From contig CDMY01000831.1 in assembly GCA_001179505.1 (NCBI GenBank), positions 1 to 64,000 on the forward strand: a DNA stretch of 64,000 nt, in the 5' to 3' direction. A program made the translations under genes and the position numbers. Below are positions 48,968 to 63,048 of this stretch, piece after piece; the stretch's first letter is position 1; every line of letters starts with the position of its first letter. The notes under the pieces are model-generated. The model saw only the letters and a list, made by a program, of their open reading frames with translations, was not told the DNA's origin and did no database searches. This stretch comes from Vitrella brassicaformis CCMP3155 (Eukaryota > Protista > Chromerida).

Positions 48968-51900
48968 TCAGATGTAGCTGAATGAGCTGGAGTAGGGCTG
49001 ACGAGGCGGCAGGGCGGTGGCCATGGGCTGATACCTGGGCAGCAACTCGCGGTCCTTTTCTCCAGTGGACGATGAAGACTGGTATCCCTCCTCTTTGGGG
49101 ATCAGACAGTAGCTGAACAAACGGGGACGACTGTTCTTCCTGTCAGTGAGAGAACACACACACACGCACACACACACACAGAGACACGGGCGTCTGCGTT
49201 GCGCTCTTCCCTGCGTGTGTGTATGCGGCTGACCATATCCTCCGCACACACACCCAGGCGCACGACAACAAAAAGAGAAGCCCCAGCAAAAAGATAGCTG
49301 CGGCGCACAGAGAGGGGATGAGATGTCTCGTGTCTCGTGTCTCTCGGCCATCCGCTGATCCTACCAGTGAAACCAAAAGCCCCCCATGCCTTGGACCCCT
49401 TCTTCTGTTTTGGCAGATCCGTCTCATCGTCGCCTGATCCCGCATCGTTCCCATCCAGAGGCTCGGAGGCGAAGTTAGGCGCCCGACCGAGGGCTGACAA
49501 AACAACAGCAACACAGAACAAGAACAACAAACAGGTGTCCGTTCGCTGGATGGATGGGAAGGCCATCTGCCTACCGGGGTTTTCTTCCATGGCTTGTGCG
49601 GCTTGCTGCTCAGGGCCGGAGCCGCCCTCAGTCAGCTCGGAACTGCCAGCAGGCTGTCTGTCCTCTGCCACTTGGGATTCATCCCCAGCAGGTGCCTCCT
49701 CAGCTGCAGAGTCGGCCGCTGGCAACTCTGAATCGCCGGCAGGGCCTTCCTCAGATGTGGAGTCGCCAGCAGGTGCCTCTCCAGCTGCAGAACTCTCTGC
49801 GGGCGTCTCGTCCCCTGCTGGCGCCTCACCCTCAGCAAAAGGTCTGGGCCCAGCCGGCGACTCCACTGAGGGCAGTGCAGCGGCAGCTGCTGGCGGTTCG
49901 GTCGGTATGGCCTGTCCTGTTGCCGGCGATGCCTCCGTAGGAGAGAGGATGTCGCGAAGCTGTGCCGAGAAGTTGAAGCTGAGCTGGCCGAGGCTTCGCC
50001 ATTGCGACACGTTCATGCAGTTCTCTGCGCAGTGACAGATCTCGAAAGGGAAACTGTCGATGAGAGCGACGAAAGCCGCCCCCTTCATCCCAGCTCCCAG
50101 CTGTGTCGCATCAACAGTCGTGTTGGTCATGTCTCCACCGTCAGTCGCGTCGTTTTGCGCTTCATCTGGCGCTGTATCTGCCGCTTCATCTGGAGCTTCA
50201 GCTGAAGCTTCAGACGAAGTTTCTTCTGGGGGCTCGACGTCCGGCGACTGATTTGGCGACTCACCTTGCGACTCATCTGGTGGCTCATCCGGCGCTTGGA
50301 GACGTCGTTGGACCGTTACAAGCGACAGGGACGCGGAGAGGTTGGCCCACATCTGTACACACCAAGGAAGCAAATGGGCATCTAGTCCGAGTGTCGCAGT
50401 AGCTCGTGCCTTCTTGGCTGACCTGCAGTGATGGCAGTGGCGCCCACGGCGGCGGCAGACAGTCGTTGAGCTCCTTGCAGGCGAGACCCTTGACCTCGAT
50501 CGCCAGCCGCTGGCTCGACGTCGAATCCATAAAGCCACCGGATGATGCGTCGCTCGGCTCGCCTTCTCCCTCAGCTGAGTCGTTCGGTGCCGGTGTCATG
50601 GGTGCGATCGTAAAGCTCTGGTGCAGTTGGTCAACATTTTTGCGATGCTCGTACAAGTCGTGCAGCGATGGCTGGGCGCCCTCCTCCTGAGGCCTGCTCT
50701 GCTGCTCCTCCGCCGGCTCCCCTTCACGCAGAGGGGGGTGACAGGCTCCGGTTGGCATGACAGGAGTGCCGTCAGACCTCAAGGGGAAGGGGCTGATGAA
50801 GAGCTTAGACTCGAGCCCTTGAGCAAGTGACGGCAGGGCAAAGCCGGGGACGGTGAGGCTGAATGGCGCGCCGCCCTCCATCGTTGGCAGAAGCGTTGAC
50901 TCATTCATCGAGTATACACCTGAGAGCAAGTGACGCCGAGACTTTGATCATGGACTCTCTCTCTCGTGTGTCTCCCCGTACCTGTCGCCACAAGGTCACC
51001 GATAAGCTCCCACTGCTTGATATCGTCGCACTTATCCCAGCAGATGCAGACGTCGTAGGCTCCGGGCTCGCCCGCAACAAAGGCAGATGTCTCCAACCAC
51101 TGGGGTGCAGTGCAATCGACGGAGGCATCGGCAGAAGGGGCGAGGGAATCGTCTTCCTCTACGGGTGGCAGCTCTTGGAGCACCCGTCTCGGCTCTTTTG
51201 CGCCTTGTACCAGAGTGAGAGGGATGCCGTTGAGAGCCGAGCAGTTGGCATCGTCGTCGGGGCATCTCACTCTGATGTCCTTCATCTCGCCCTGACACCG
51301 GTTGACGTCAATTTCGGTGTATCCCTTGCCAAGGGGCTCTGGAGTTGGTGCCGTCTCATCCGATCCGTCCATCTCATTCCCTTGTTGCTGGCTCTCTTCT
51401 CCCTGCTCGCTGGCCCCTGGGGCGCCGGTAAAGACGTCGATCGAGTGAGGGATGTCGCTCCGGATCATCGGAACGATTCTCAGGAGCGGTTTGGGCCTCC
51501 TCTCACTGTCCACCCTGGTCGGTAGCACAGTCACGTCGCTGTCATTCAATCCGAGCACGAAGCCATCCTGCCCTTCTGCGGGTCCGCATGGCCGATTCCA
51601 TGCCGATGGATCGATGCCCCACACAGGAACTCTCAGGGTCGTATCCTCGTGCGCCTTTCTCGTCCACACGAGCCCAGAGGAGTCCGTCAAGGCCCGTGGA
51701 ATTGTGGCCCGGTGGAGGACGTCACGGGTAGCCGTGACGTCGAAAGGCAACGCGAGACCCCATGTGCCTTGGGGCCTGACAGTCGTCGCCTCTGCGTGGC
51801 TGGCTGTCTCGTTCAGGGGCGCACTGGCCTCAGTCGCATCAGGAGGAACCTCAGTCGCGGCTGCCGGAGTCTCCGTGCCGGCCTGGGTGGTGTCGAGGAG

Positions 51901-53150
51901 GAGAGGGGGAATCCACTGCTCGATCGACCACGAGGAGACGGTTGGCTCAATGTCCTCCTGGGATCGTCGTGGCTGGCCGAGGTTGGCATCCTCGTAGCCG
52001 ACGAAGACGCACCGAACGTCCTGTGGCGAGCCAAAGTCGAACTCGATCACGACGCTGCCAGAGGGGCAGACGAAGCCGTCCAGAGGTTCGCATGTCAGCC
52101 AGTTCTCCTCCAGGCTCAGGTTATCGGGGGCCACAGCGGTGAGGAGGGCAGTCTGGTTGACCTGCTCGAGTACAGCGCTCATGCTGACGCTCCTGATGGA
52201 CGAAACCGGGATGACGTCTCGGCACTTGTCATCAGCCGAGAGGATGACCTGCCGCAGGCGGAAGGGCGAGGGCAGTGGGCTGATGTTGCTGAGACGCCAT
52301 GCATAGCTGCTGCCGACTGGGCCCCATGGGGCGGTGGCGGGCATCTCGCAGAGGAACGACTTGCGGGCTGACCAGTGAATGAGACATCACATGGAGACAC
52401 AAATGTGGAAGATGAACAGCTCGGATCTCTCCCACCTGAGCAACGCGTGTCTCTCCATGCACCATTGCCAGCGACCTGATCGAACACAAAACAGACGTCG
52501 AGTCCCTCTCTGCCTCAGACCTCATTCTGTGACTGCATATCTACCATTCTGGCACAGTCTCCTGGCGCAGGCGCATTGTTGGGCTCGATTCCGTTGGTCA
52601 AATCCCTGCAAGATAAGCATAACAAAGCACGCTTGTTCCAGTGCTTCAAGTGAGATGTCCATCCATACCAGTTCGTCCAGTCGATAGGCGTCCCATCGCT
52701 CCAGGTGGTGAACTCGCCATGCCCCTCCTCCCGAGACAAACCTACCCTGGCAAAGAAACAACCACGTACAGTAACCAAGCAAACTTTAACACACAATGCC
52801 CATCCGTCAAGAGGCCCTCTCTCCCACACTCACCAGCATTCCCCATAGTGTTGTGAGTTCAGCTGGCACAGGGCGTGGAGGATCTCATTCTCCGTGGGGC
52901 TGTGGATGGATGCCAACTCGGCCCCTTCGCCTTGGCAGTAGGACCGAGCCAGGAGGTAGGGAAGCGGGGCTCCGTAGGCGCGATAGCAGTTGCCTTCAAA
53001 CAACGTCCATCCAGGCGAAGAGGCAGAGCAAACGGTCCCTTTGCCCTTCTGGAGGCGCCGCTGGTGGAAGAGGCCAAAGATGGAACCTCCAGCTTGACCT
53101 CCAGTGACCAAACACGCCAAGAGCGCAAGCAACACAAGAAAGAAGTCCAT
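48968..53150 (-). CDS. Type I membrane protein with an N-terminal C-type lectin domain and acidic/mucin-like stalk
   Basis: Signal peptide MDFFLVLLALLACLVTGGQA. C...GWTLFEGNCYR...ARSYCQGEGAELASIHSPTENE, VGLS...WSDGTPIDWTNW, EPNN..GDC and FLCE. TM AAIFLLGLLFLLSCAWVCV, then a short cytoplasmic tail. Confidence 0.8.
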
Positions 53151-53366
53151 CGGAGCAATGAATTGGGTCGGGCGGTGTTTGTTTCGCGGAACTGGACCGA
53201 TGGCGAAGGGGTTGCTCAGCCTATTGAGGGTAGTTTTCGACGGAGGGGCAAGTGCTGCCTCGGCAGATCTGCCGCATTATCCATGGCATCGACCATCATC
53301 GGCGTGTATCGGCCTGGTGACTTCCAATCTCTGTCATGAGGTCATGATCACGCTCCAGCCGGCGGC

Positions 53367-54841
53367 ATGAGTGACTTCGCCAAGAACCTGCAGAAAGGCC
53401 TGGCTGGCGGCAGGAAGGCCCTGTACGAGGACAAGAACACCCAAGATGGAGGCGATGATCCGGCAGACAACGTGCGAGGGAGCCGCCGTGTGTCCAAGAG
53501 TAGGAGCTATGCGTCGTCGGATGCGAAGGGAGGCCTCGGCATGACAGCCACCAGCAGCTCTCTTTCGTCGCCCATCGGCCCTCACCACCCCACGCACTCA
53601 CATGAGAACCACACACAGCTGCCTGCCAACACTGCAACCCCGCCTGCGAGCACACCAGCCGGTGTGGGGCAAGCCATCCTCGGCGGAGGGAGGGGCGATT
53701 ACGGTCTCGAAGGGATGCACATGCAGATGCTGCCCACCCTGACAGACCCTGTCAAGGTACGCACACTTCCCCACACACACGAACACACGTGGGCTGAATG
53801 GCGGTGGATGCGTTGTGTTTGTTTACCAACTTCACAAGACTCTACTCAATGCGGTGGGCGTCAGTGAGGAGGACTACAATCGTCAGTTGGTTCGCGATGA
53901 GCATGGCAACATCGTCCCTCCCATCCACCCCGACGAGGCAGCACGGATCTTGTCGGAGGTCGCCGATCAGGCGCATGGGTCCCTTTCCCGGCCTGGTGGC
54001 GACTGGAGGGAGGAGGTCGCTGTCGGCCTCAAGCAGCGCATGCCCCATCGCCGATTCTTCTGCGTGCGTCTGCGGAGCGCCACTCTGTTCGAGGCATTCG
54101 CTTCCTGGTGTCCGCCGTATGTACACGGGGTAAGGAAGCACACAAATCATTCGCACACACTTGGTCATGGCTTCTCTGCATGTGCCTCCGTGCAGCCCCT
54201 CTGTGTGTGTCTGGCCGACGGGCGTGAGGCCCGCGACCCCTCCGCACCGACATCGGTATCCGCAGAGGAGAAGGGGCACTTCGAGACGGCGGTCGTCGCG
54301 ACGTTGAAGCAGGCGTGGGAAGACGAGCAGCCCGACGAGACGGGCAGCCGCAGAGTGAACCTACTCACAATCGCAGAGAAGGTGCTGGACGAGATGATCG
54401 GAGTGGTCGACGGCGGTCACCCCAAGACCATCGGCCTGCTGTCAGCCGAGAGGCTGCTGCCCTCTGACGTGTCCTATGACGGATCCGCTAGCGGGGTGTC
54501 TTGCAAGTGGGGCGCACCAGGGGGACTGATTCTATGGTTCTATTTCGTCAGATGGAACCCCCTCAGCAGCTCCACCGACTGCAGCGCGTCTTTTGTGTCG
54601 GCGGACGCTGAGACGACCATCATCACCACAGCCCTTACCCCACCCCCCTCCCCGCCCCCTCCCATAGCCCACTCGTCGGTGCAGAAGGCCACAGAGGAGC
54701 ATGCTGGTGCTGGTGCCGGACGTGCGTCTGAGGACATCCCCACTTCCATCAGCTGCCATGGCATGAGCGACTCAGAGCTCGAGGAGGCCTGCAAGTGGGC
54801 CACACTATACAACAGCTGCCATGCACACCATCTGATGTGTG

Positions 54842-54872
<31 letters not shown>

Positions 54873-57800
54873 AGGGGTCACCTGAGTCCCAAGAAGGAGA
54901 GCCTCTCGGCCATCTGCAACCTGACCACATCAACAGACGAGAGTCACACACTGAGCATGATTCGAATACACCTGCCTGACGTCGGAGAGGTAGGCACACA
55001 CGAACAATCAACCAGACATGGATGAGTGTCTGCCTGTCCTGTGTGTTACTCAGCATGTGGATCGGATAGTGTCGGCCGGTGCTGATGCGGAGAGCAGAAA
55101 GCGGCTCGAGGAGGCCTGCTGGAAATACGTAGCACGGTGAGAGAGAGAGAGAGAGAGAGAGACATGCACAAGGAAGGAGCATCCAGCAGGCCATGCCTCA
55201 TGTATGTGTGTGGCGGATGTCTGTGGGCAGCTTCACTTCACTGGGACCCGGTGGCTGGCAGCGCGTCAAGAAGGCATACCAGCTCCTCAAGGAAGAAGGC
55301 ATGTTGCCCAATCGCACGCCCGTCTCCCAGTCATCCGGGCCCCCTCCACCCACCCCAGCACCTCGACCCACAACCACGCCGGCAAGTGACGACCAGCCAA
55401 CCAAGCTGCTCGCGCTGCCCCTCGCTCCCCCTCGGCACCAGCAGGGCGCCCCTGACGTTAGCAGAGGGATCCTCACCTCCAAGCTGCAGGACGAGCCGTC
55501 CGGCAGTGTCGAGTGCGCGACAGCCAAGGACAGGTCCTCATCGGCGACGCCTCGGCCATCGGTCGCCTGGTGTTCTGGTCTGCTCGAGGGAGACCGCGGT
55601 TCTGACAGCGACGGCCCCAGCTCACTGCCGGGCAGCAGGGACGGAGCAGGGCTGGACAAGGCGGAGAGGCAGCTGATGGGCAAGATGATGCGGCAGAGGG
55701 GCGGGCTGGCTGGAAGGGAAGGTGAGGAGCTGCCAGACGATCCATCTGGTGTGCCTTCCCCAGCCATGGATGTGACGACGGCGATGCGGGAGCGGCTCGC
55801 TGTGCTGGAGGAGAACAACAGCCTGCACTCCATCAAGGGGCAGCTCGAGCACAGCCCCTACTTCTCCAAGCCGCTAGACGATCTGCACCTCAGCGACTCA
55901 CATGAGGAGAAGGCGCAGCAGCCGTGCCATTTCTTCCCCCAGCCTGACAGAGGCCTCCCTCAGCAGCAGGGCAAGACATCTCTCCCCGTCGGCAGCTTGT
56001 CGCCCTTCCTCTTCCCGGCCAACCTCCGCAGCGCCATCGGCACGCCCGGCGGGCCAACTCGGTCGGCGGACACCAAGGGGACAGCTCGGGGGCGGATGCA
56101 CAACGACGATGGGTCGGACGGTGAGGACGGGGGCGGCGCCGACGAGCGGCACTCACGGCCCAAGAAGGGTGGTTCCCGCGAGGCGACGCCCGAGATACCA
56201 GAGGAGCTGTTCCTGGAGCTGGAGAGACGGCAGGATGACACTCTCATGCGGATGGACCCGAGCAGCCAGAAGATGACGGCCATGCTGCGGGCGGTGCGGG
56301 AGACGTGCGCCCACGATCAGCTGGTGGCAGAAGATCAGCGCAAGGCCGTGCATCTCAAGGAGGACCGCCAGCTCCTCTCCCAGCTGCCGACTCCATGCTT
56401 CCCCGACCCCTCCTTCCTGGACGGGCTGCTCTTCCGCCACGCCCTGCAGGCGTGTGTGGTGCACGGTGCGGCCGGGTCGCTCGAGGCGCTGCTGAGGGAA
56501 ACGCTCATCAAGCCGACCGAGAAGGACAAGAAGAGGCTGGCTGTGGGTGAAGTGCGGGCCAAGAGGGACAGGAAGGTGCTCAAGTGGAGTGACCTGATCC
56601 TGGATGCTCTCGATGCATCGAACCTGTACCGTGACGAACCTCTCAACCTAGTCACCGAAGGTCCGCAGACAGGCAGGCAGACAGACAGACAGAGACAGAG
56701 AGAGGTATGGACGGCCCGACACTTACTGCACGTTGGTGCGGATCTTGTCTGTGTGTTCAGATTATGTGCCGTCCCCCCTGGTCGTGCAGGCGGCCGTGGC
56801 CAACGCGCCCATCCAGATCATGAAGGTGCTCCATGAGCCTATTGTGCTGGCTGCGTGTAATGGAAGCCTCCATGTGTCTGTGTTATGCAGACGCTGCTGG
56901 CGTACAACGCCGATGTGAATGCGCGAGGCTATGCCGGCCAGACAAAGGCGACTAACTGCAAGATCAGCTACAACACATCCGCCGTCGGTAAGCGGCAAGG
57001 GAAGATATTGCTGAAACGCAGCCTCATTGCATTGCCTTCTGTGTGTGTGTGCAGGTGCGGCTGCCATGTGCCACCGTCCGGATCTCCTTCGTTTCCTCCT
57101 CCGTGAGGCAAGGCGAGCCGACCCCAGGGTCCGGTCAGTCGCGACGTTTGCGGGCCAAGACGGCAGGTACCACAGACCCCACCTGTCGATGCGTGACGTT
57201 CCGCCTTTCCTTTCCTCCCCCCTCCATCCTTCTCAGGCCCCCCCCATGATTGCTTTTCCTGACTTGCTTCAGCTGGTGTGCCTTGGCCCGCCGCCCATAG
57301 CCGCGGGTGCGCAGCCGTCGGAGGCGCAACAGCGGCAGGCCCTGTCCACCATCGAGGTGGTCGATGCGGAGGGACTGATCAAGTACGGCGGGAGCGGCAG
57401 CGGCATCTTCGACATCAACTGCAGCGACTCATACGGCGAAACGCCTCTGCACATCGCCGCCGCCAACGGCTGGTGCGGTCTAGTCGAGTGGCTGCTCAAG
57501 AATGGGGCGGACCCTAGGGCTGTCAAGAAGTCCAACGAAACGCCTCTCGACTTGGCACGAAGCCATGGCCGGAAGGTCAGCTCAAGGAATGGCGTCCAAT
57601 GAGCCGTCACAGTGAGTGAGTCGGCTTTGTCGTGCTTCGCAGGAGTGCGAGGCCGTGCTGCTGAAGCATCTCACTGCCCCTCCGGGGCAGACGACCACCA
57701 ACACTGCCGCAGGAGCCAGCACGGGAGCGCCTTCCGTCCCCACGGCAAGCGAAGCACCGCCCCGCACACACATATGCCATGAGCACACACACACAGACCG

Positions 57801-60800
57801 CACCGTTTGTGTGAATGGCGGGATGCAGGCGGCTGCGGCTGGTGCGATGGAGGAGGGCGGGGGTGTCGACTCACCAGCGGCCGCGGCACACGAGAGGAAG
57901 AGGCAGGAGCTGCGTGACAGGGCGACTAGGGGAGTGGTGCAGATGAAGGCCACGGCGAGAGCGATCCGGGAGGCGTGCTTACACGACCTGTTGACGCCAG
58001 AGGGGCGGCGCAAGTCTGTCGGTCTCAAGGAGGACCTCTCGCTGCTGTCGTCGCTGCCCAAGCCCATGGTCTCCTACATGAACGGCTTCGTGCTGAAGCA
58101 GTCCCTGCAGTCATGTGCCATGTACGGCTCGGCTGGGTCGCTCGACACACTGCTGCAGGAAAACTTCATCAAGCCGACGGAGGAGAGTGACGACGAGGGG
58201 CTGTCGGCGGGGCAGGTGCGGGCGAGGGACGGGCGGTACCTCAAGTGGCGAGACCTTTCGCCTGCCAGCATCGAGCCATTCGAGGGCGAGATGATCGAGC
58301 CTGATCGTAAGTGAAGAATCAAACCAAGATCGAAGGGCGATATGTCTGATTATGCCTGGATGGCATCAGATTATGTGCGGATGCCTTTGTTGATTCTGGC
58401 GTTCGCGTCTGATGCTCCCTCTGCGCCGCAGATCGTCAAGGTACGCCAGTAGAGAGCCACATGACATCACTTAGCCGCCTCTCATGGGTCCGTCTGTGTG
58501 CCTGTCTGCCTCTGTGCAGTCGCTGGTCGAGTACAATGCCGACATCAACGAAATCGGCCCGGTGTTTGTGGACCCCAAGACCAAAAAACTCATGATGTCA
58601 TCGGCCGTCGGTGAGTGTCGAAAGGACAGGACAGGACAGGATAAGGAATGCCGGATGGAGGGAGATCTGACTTTGTCTCTTCAGGTGCTGCTTCCATGTA
58701 CCACTGGCCTGAGGTCCTCAACTACCTTCTCCGCCAACCGCATGCCGACCCGTCAGTCCACTCTGAGGAGGAGTTCCTTGCGGGCCTGAACATTGTTCAG
58801 CTAGCCTGCGTCGGCGCAGACGAGGACCCGGAAGGCAACCAAGATACCGACGGTGAGTGACTGGTCGATTGAGCCAGACTGACGCGTGCTGACGCTCTTG
58901 TGTGTTGCAACAGCGCCCCGGCCCCCTCCTGAGCCCACGGTGGGCAGCAAGAGCCGCAAGAAGGCCGCCAGCAAGGGCAAACGGGCCAGCAACGACGGTC
59001 TTGCGCAAGAGGCGGGACAGCAGGCGGCCGGCGGCATAGCGACGAAGGAGACAGAGCAGAAGGAAAAGGCCCGGCAGTCGCGTGCAGTGGCCACCCTGGA
59101 TGTGCTCGAACGCCACGGCCTGACGCGCAGCCCACCGGCCGAGGGCAATGGAGGGCGTCGCAAGAGGCCCGTCCTCAGTCTGCACTGCCGTGACAAGACG
59201 GGCTGGTCTCTGCTGCATGGTGCGGCTGGTAATGGGTTGTCTGAGGTGATCAAGTGGCTGCTGGAGAGGGGAGTGGACGCTGAGGCCGTCAACAACGAAA
59301 ACGAAACACCCCTCGATGTCGCGCGCCGAGTCGGCGAGAAGGTCAGCAGACAGGAGGCACACCAACGTCAGCCGCTTTATTTGTTTGGTGTGTTCAGTTG
59401 TGTGTGGACGTGTTGATGGCTCATCTGGAGGCCCGTCGCAAGGCGGCGGCTGCCGATCTGCTGCGAGAGGAGGAGCAGGCCCGCAAGAAGGAGGAGAGGG
59501 CCGCCAGAAAGCGCGAGCGGAAGCGTCTCAAGGTGCCTTTGCCGTGCACCGCTGCACACATGGATTCTGCATGTGTGTGTCATTGCCTTCAGCGATTGGC
59601 GGCTGAGCAGGCCGAGTCAGCGGCAGATGGCGAGACGGAGGAGGCCGACGACACACAGCACGAGACTGAAGAAGTAGATCAGGTGACGGAGGAAGCTGCT
59701 GCGCTCAGTTGCCCGCCAGACACACACAGCGACAGGTGCAGACAGAGCCACCGACACTTCTACCCAGTAGCCCCCATCTGTTGTCCTTCTGTGTGTGGCG
59801 CACAGTGTCGAGCCGGCCTTCTCTGACGCCCCGAGTGACCGCCACCAGCAGCCTCCAGCTGGTGTCGGCCCTTCGCCATTGCCCCCTCTCCCTCTCTCCC
59901 CTGCTCATGGCGCACCGGCCAGCCACTTGTTTGCTGCCCAGCGGCCGTCCAGCTCATCGTAAGGCACTCAGAGGAGACCCACCACACACCGAGTCACTCG
60001 ATCTGTTGTGTGTGTTATCCATCCGTGATCCATCCATCAGGTCCTCATTTGCCGACCCGCCGGCGTCATCGACGGTCAGCACGACGCCCGCCGACCGGCC
60101 CTCCTCCGCACAGACGTCAGCCCGACAATACCAGTGACTCCCAAACATAGCCCCAATCGCCTGTGTGGTCTGTAGCTGTCAATGTGCCTGTGTGTGCGCA
60201 GGTTTTGCCCGGCTGATGTGACGGCTCAGCTGCGGGCTGACCTGAACGGATGCATCGACAAGAAAGAGAGGTCAGGACACATAACAACACGGCCATGTGT
60301 GTCATACCAATATGTTTTGTTCCATGTGTGTGCAGTCTGGAGGATCAGTACAGTGATCTGTTGGCTGCCCGTCGGCGGGCGGCCGATCGCGTCAAGGAGC
60401 TCAAGACAAACATACGACGACTCAAATACGTCACGCCCAAGTGAGCGATACACACGAGGAGAGGGCCCAACACAGCGGCTCCGCTCTGTATGCTGTTGAT
60501 GCAGCCTGAGCCACGATGTGCTGGCGTCGCTGTCCACGGCTGCCGAAGTGCGTGAGTTTGAGGCAAAGATCAGCCGCGAAGAGGAGCGGCTCGATGAGCT
60601 CATGGAGACGGCCGTCCAGCATGCAATGCGGCTGCAGAGCGGCGCATCCAAACCCACAAAGGCACCCGCAGCCGAGCAGCAGAGTGCCGCAGCGGCAGCA
60701 GCTGCTGCGTCTGCCTCCACGCCCACATCCGCTGCTGAAGGGTTGGTGGGACGGAAGGAAGACGCACCATCCATTCCCACGTCGGCGCATCTCTGTGGCG

Positions 60801-61711
60801 CTCCCTTGTGTGTGTATCAATCAGGTGCGGCGTGCCGGTGTGTAGTGCGATGCGGGTGTTGTTGAACGAGTCGTCGACTGAGGATCAGCTGCTCGAGGCC
60901 ATACAACACATCCAATACGACATAGACCAGTAAGACAGGGCGGTCCTTATGGTAGCCAGAAAGGAACCCATCGGGTTGATCTGTCTGGCTGTCTGTCTGT
61001 CTGCCTGTCTGTCTGCCTGTCAGGTTGGAGGGTGACATCTTTCGGATGACGGACGTGTGCACCGAGGCCGAGGCCGCACTACAGCCGCTCGAGCAAGAGC
61101 ACCACACACTGCAGCAAGAGGCAAAGAAACGGTAAACAAAGGCCCACCAACACACACAGACGGCCGGGAATGCATGTCTCCCTATGCCTCTCGGCCCATG
61201 GTCAGGCTGACCCCTACTCGTCTCGAGTCGCTCACGAGCATCGCAGCGGTGGATGCCTTCAAGCGCGACATCAAGAGGGCCAAACAAGAGCTGCGGGAGG
61301 TGTCGAAAGAGGCCGCCGTGCGTCAGGCTGCACTCGAGAAGGAGGAGACGGCCGCTGCTGCTGCCGCTGCCGCTGCTGATGGCGATGGCGGGGAGGGCAC
61401 CTGCGTCATGTGCATCTCGGAGACGCCAACAGTCGTATTCTTCCCATGTCGGCAGGTCAGTCACGATACACCCAGACCGAGTCGCATACCACCATTGTCC
61501 GTGTGTGTGTGTGCAGAAGTGTCTGTGTGAGGGTTGCTGGCGCGACATGGCGGCGGCCCACGAGGCGGCCAAGAAGGAGAAGGCCCGCCTGGAGGCGCTG
61601 CAGCGGCGAGTGCCTGACAACATCGCCCGTGACGCCCAGCTCAGGTGTCCGATGTGCAACCAGGAGGCCCACTACGCCAGCACCGTCGACGGCATCACAA
61701 CAGCCACGTGA
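53367..61711 (+). CDS. Large ankyrin-repeat protein with coiled coils and a C-terminal RING-HC-like finger (could be two genes)
   Basis: GETPLHIAAANGWCGLVEWLLKNGAD..ETPLDLA, GWSLLHGAAGNGLSEVIKWLLERGVD..ETPLDVA, KKEERAARKRERK coiled coil, and CVMC...VVFFPCRQKCLCEGC...CPMC. Confidence 0.75.
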
Positions 61712-62235
61712 GCAGCGGCAGACAGAGACAGCCGGTAGACCGACGTGTGCGTAGCTGTAGCTCTCATGCGCCGATGGCGCGGACTCAAATCAGTCAGTCA
61801 TCGCTGTGTGTATACCTACCTCTGTATTGGTGGCAGACAGACCTCTTTACTTGGCTGCATGGATGTCGTGAGTGAGATGACAGTGTGTGTGCATGGTGCC
61901 TGCGTGTGCGTGTGTGCCCTTTATAGTCTGTGAATACCACTTCGCCACCGTCACACACACTGATGGTTTAAAGTTCACACCGCGTCACACAAGGCAAATG
62001 GCATGTAGGGTCCATTCGTGGAGCCATGAGCCGTGTCCTCCTCCCCACCAGCCACCGTTGACCGTCACGCCCGCCACATCACACACATCCGTCCACACCA
62101 ACAGCAACAGACCACACAGAACACACAGACGGGCAAAGCCCCCGACTGTCTGCCTGCCTGCCTGTCTGACTGTGGCGAGCCAATGAAGGAGTATGGGAGC
62201 AGAAGGTACTACCCCTCGTGTCGCATTGCCATGGC

Positions 62236-63048
62236 CTAACGGTAAGACTTTTGGTATCTGGCGCGTGCGCCCCGACCGCCGAATTTCTTGGGTTCGCATC
62301 TTCTGGGGTCTGCGACGAAGAGGGACCGGTCGTAGGCGTTGAAGGTGTCCTTGAGCTCCTTCTTGCTCGACTCGTCCACATCTGACACACGAGACACACA
62401 CGGACAGACGGAGGGATGGAATGGACGCGTCATGTCACACACAGCCGGCAGGCCGTGATGTGCGTTGTGGTGTTGTGTTGCTTACACTTCTGGTAGTATG
62501 CGAGGATGGCCTTGGCGATGGCTTGACGAATGGCTGATGAGAACACAACGGACGACACGACACAGATGAGAGATGAGGCAAGCCAAGCCACCTCTGGCGG
62601 TCTGGTGTTGGTGTGTCTGCGTAGCACCATAGATCTGTGAGGTGTATCCGCCGCCCTTGACCCTCAGCCTGATGTCGATGCTCTCGAACTTCTTCTTCCC
62701 CAGTATCAGCACCGGCTCGAACAGCTTCACGCGCAGGATCTCGGGACGCATCAAATCCAACGGACAACCATTGACCTAACGGGATACAGAAGCCAACCAC
62801 CACACATCAAACACACACAGGGTGCGGTGCAGGCTGACGCTGACGCCCACCTTGATGTGCCCAGATCCCTCCTGGCAGAGGGCCACAGCCACGGCATTCT
62901 TCTGAGAGGCACAGCAACGCACAGACAGACAAGAGGGAGGGAGTGACACGGCCATCCAGCTCACAGACCACCCCATGTCGGTCGCGCCCACCTTGCGTCC
63001 GAACGTCTGGACCCTCTTCGTGGGCTCCTTCTCCTTCTTGCCTTCCAT
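62236..63048 (-). CDS. RPS16: 40S ribosomal protein S16 (uS9)
   Basis: [46 protein letters not shown] and [31 protein letters not shown]. Confidence 0.98.

Noticed and set aside
62236-62238. Genome-wide reassignment of UAG to Tyr, suggested by TAG at Tyr positions at 1998 and 29765
   Set aside because: RPS16 ends at its universally conserved KSYR with TAG, and copy A, copy B and ADCK also terminate at TAG, so UAG is a working stop codon.
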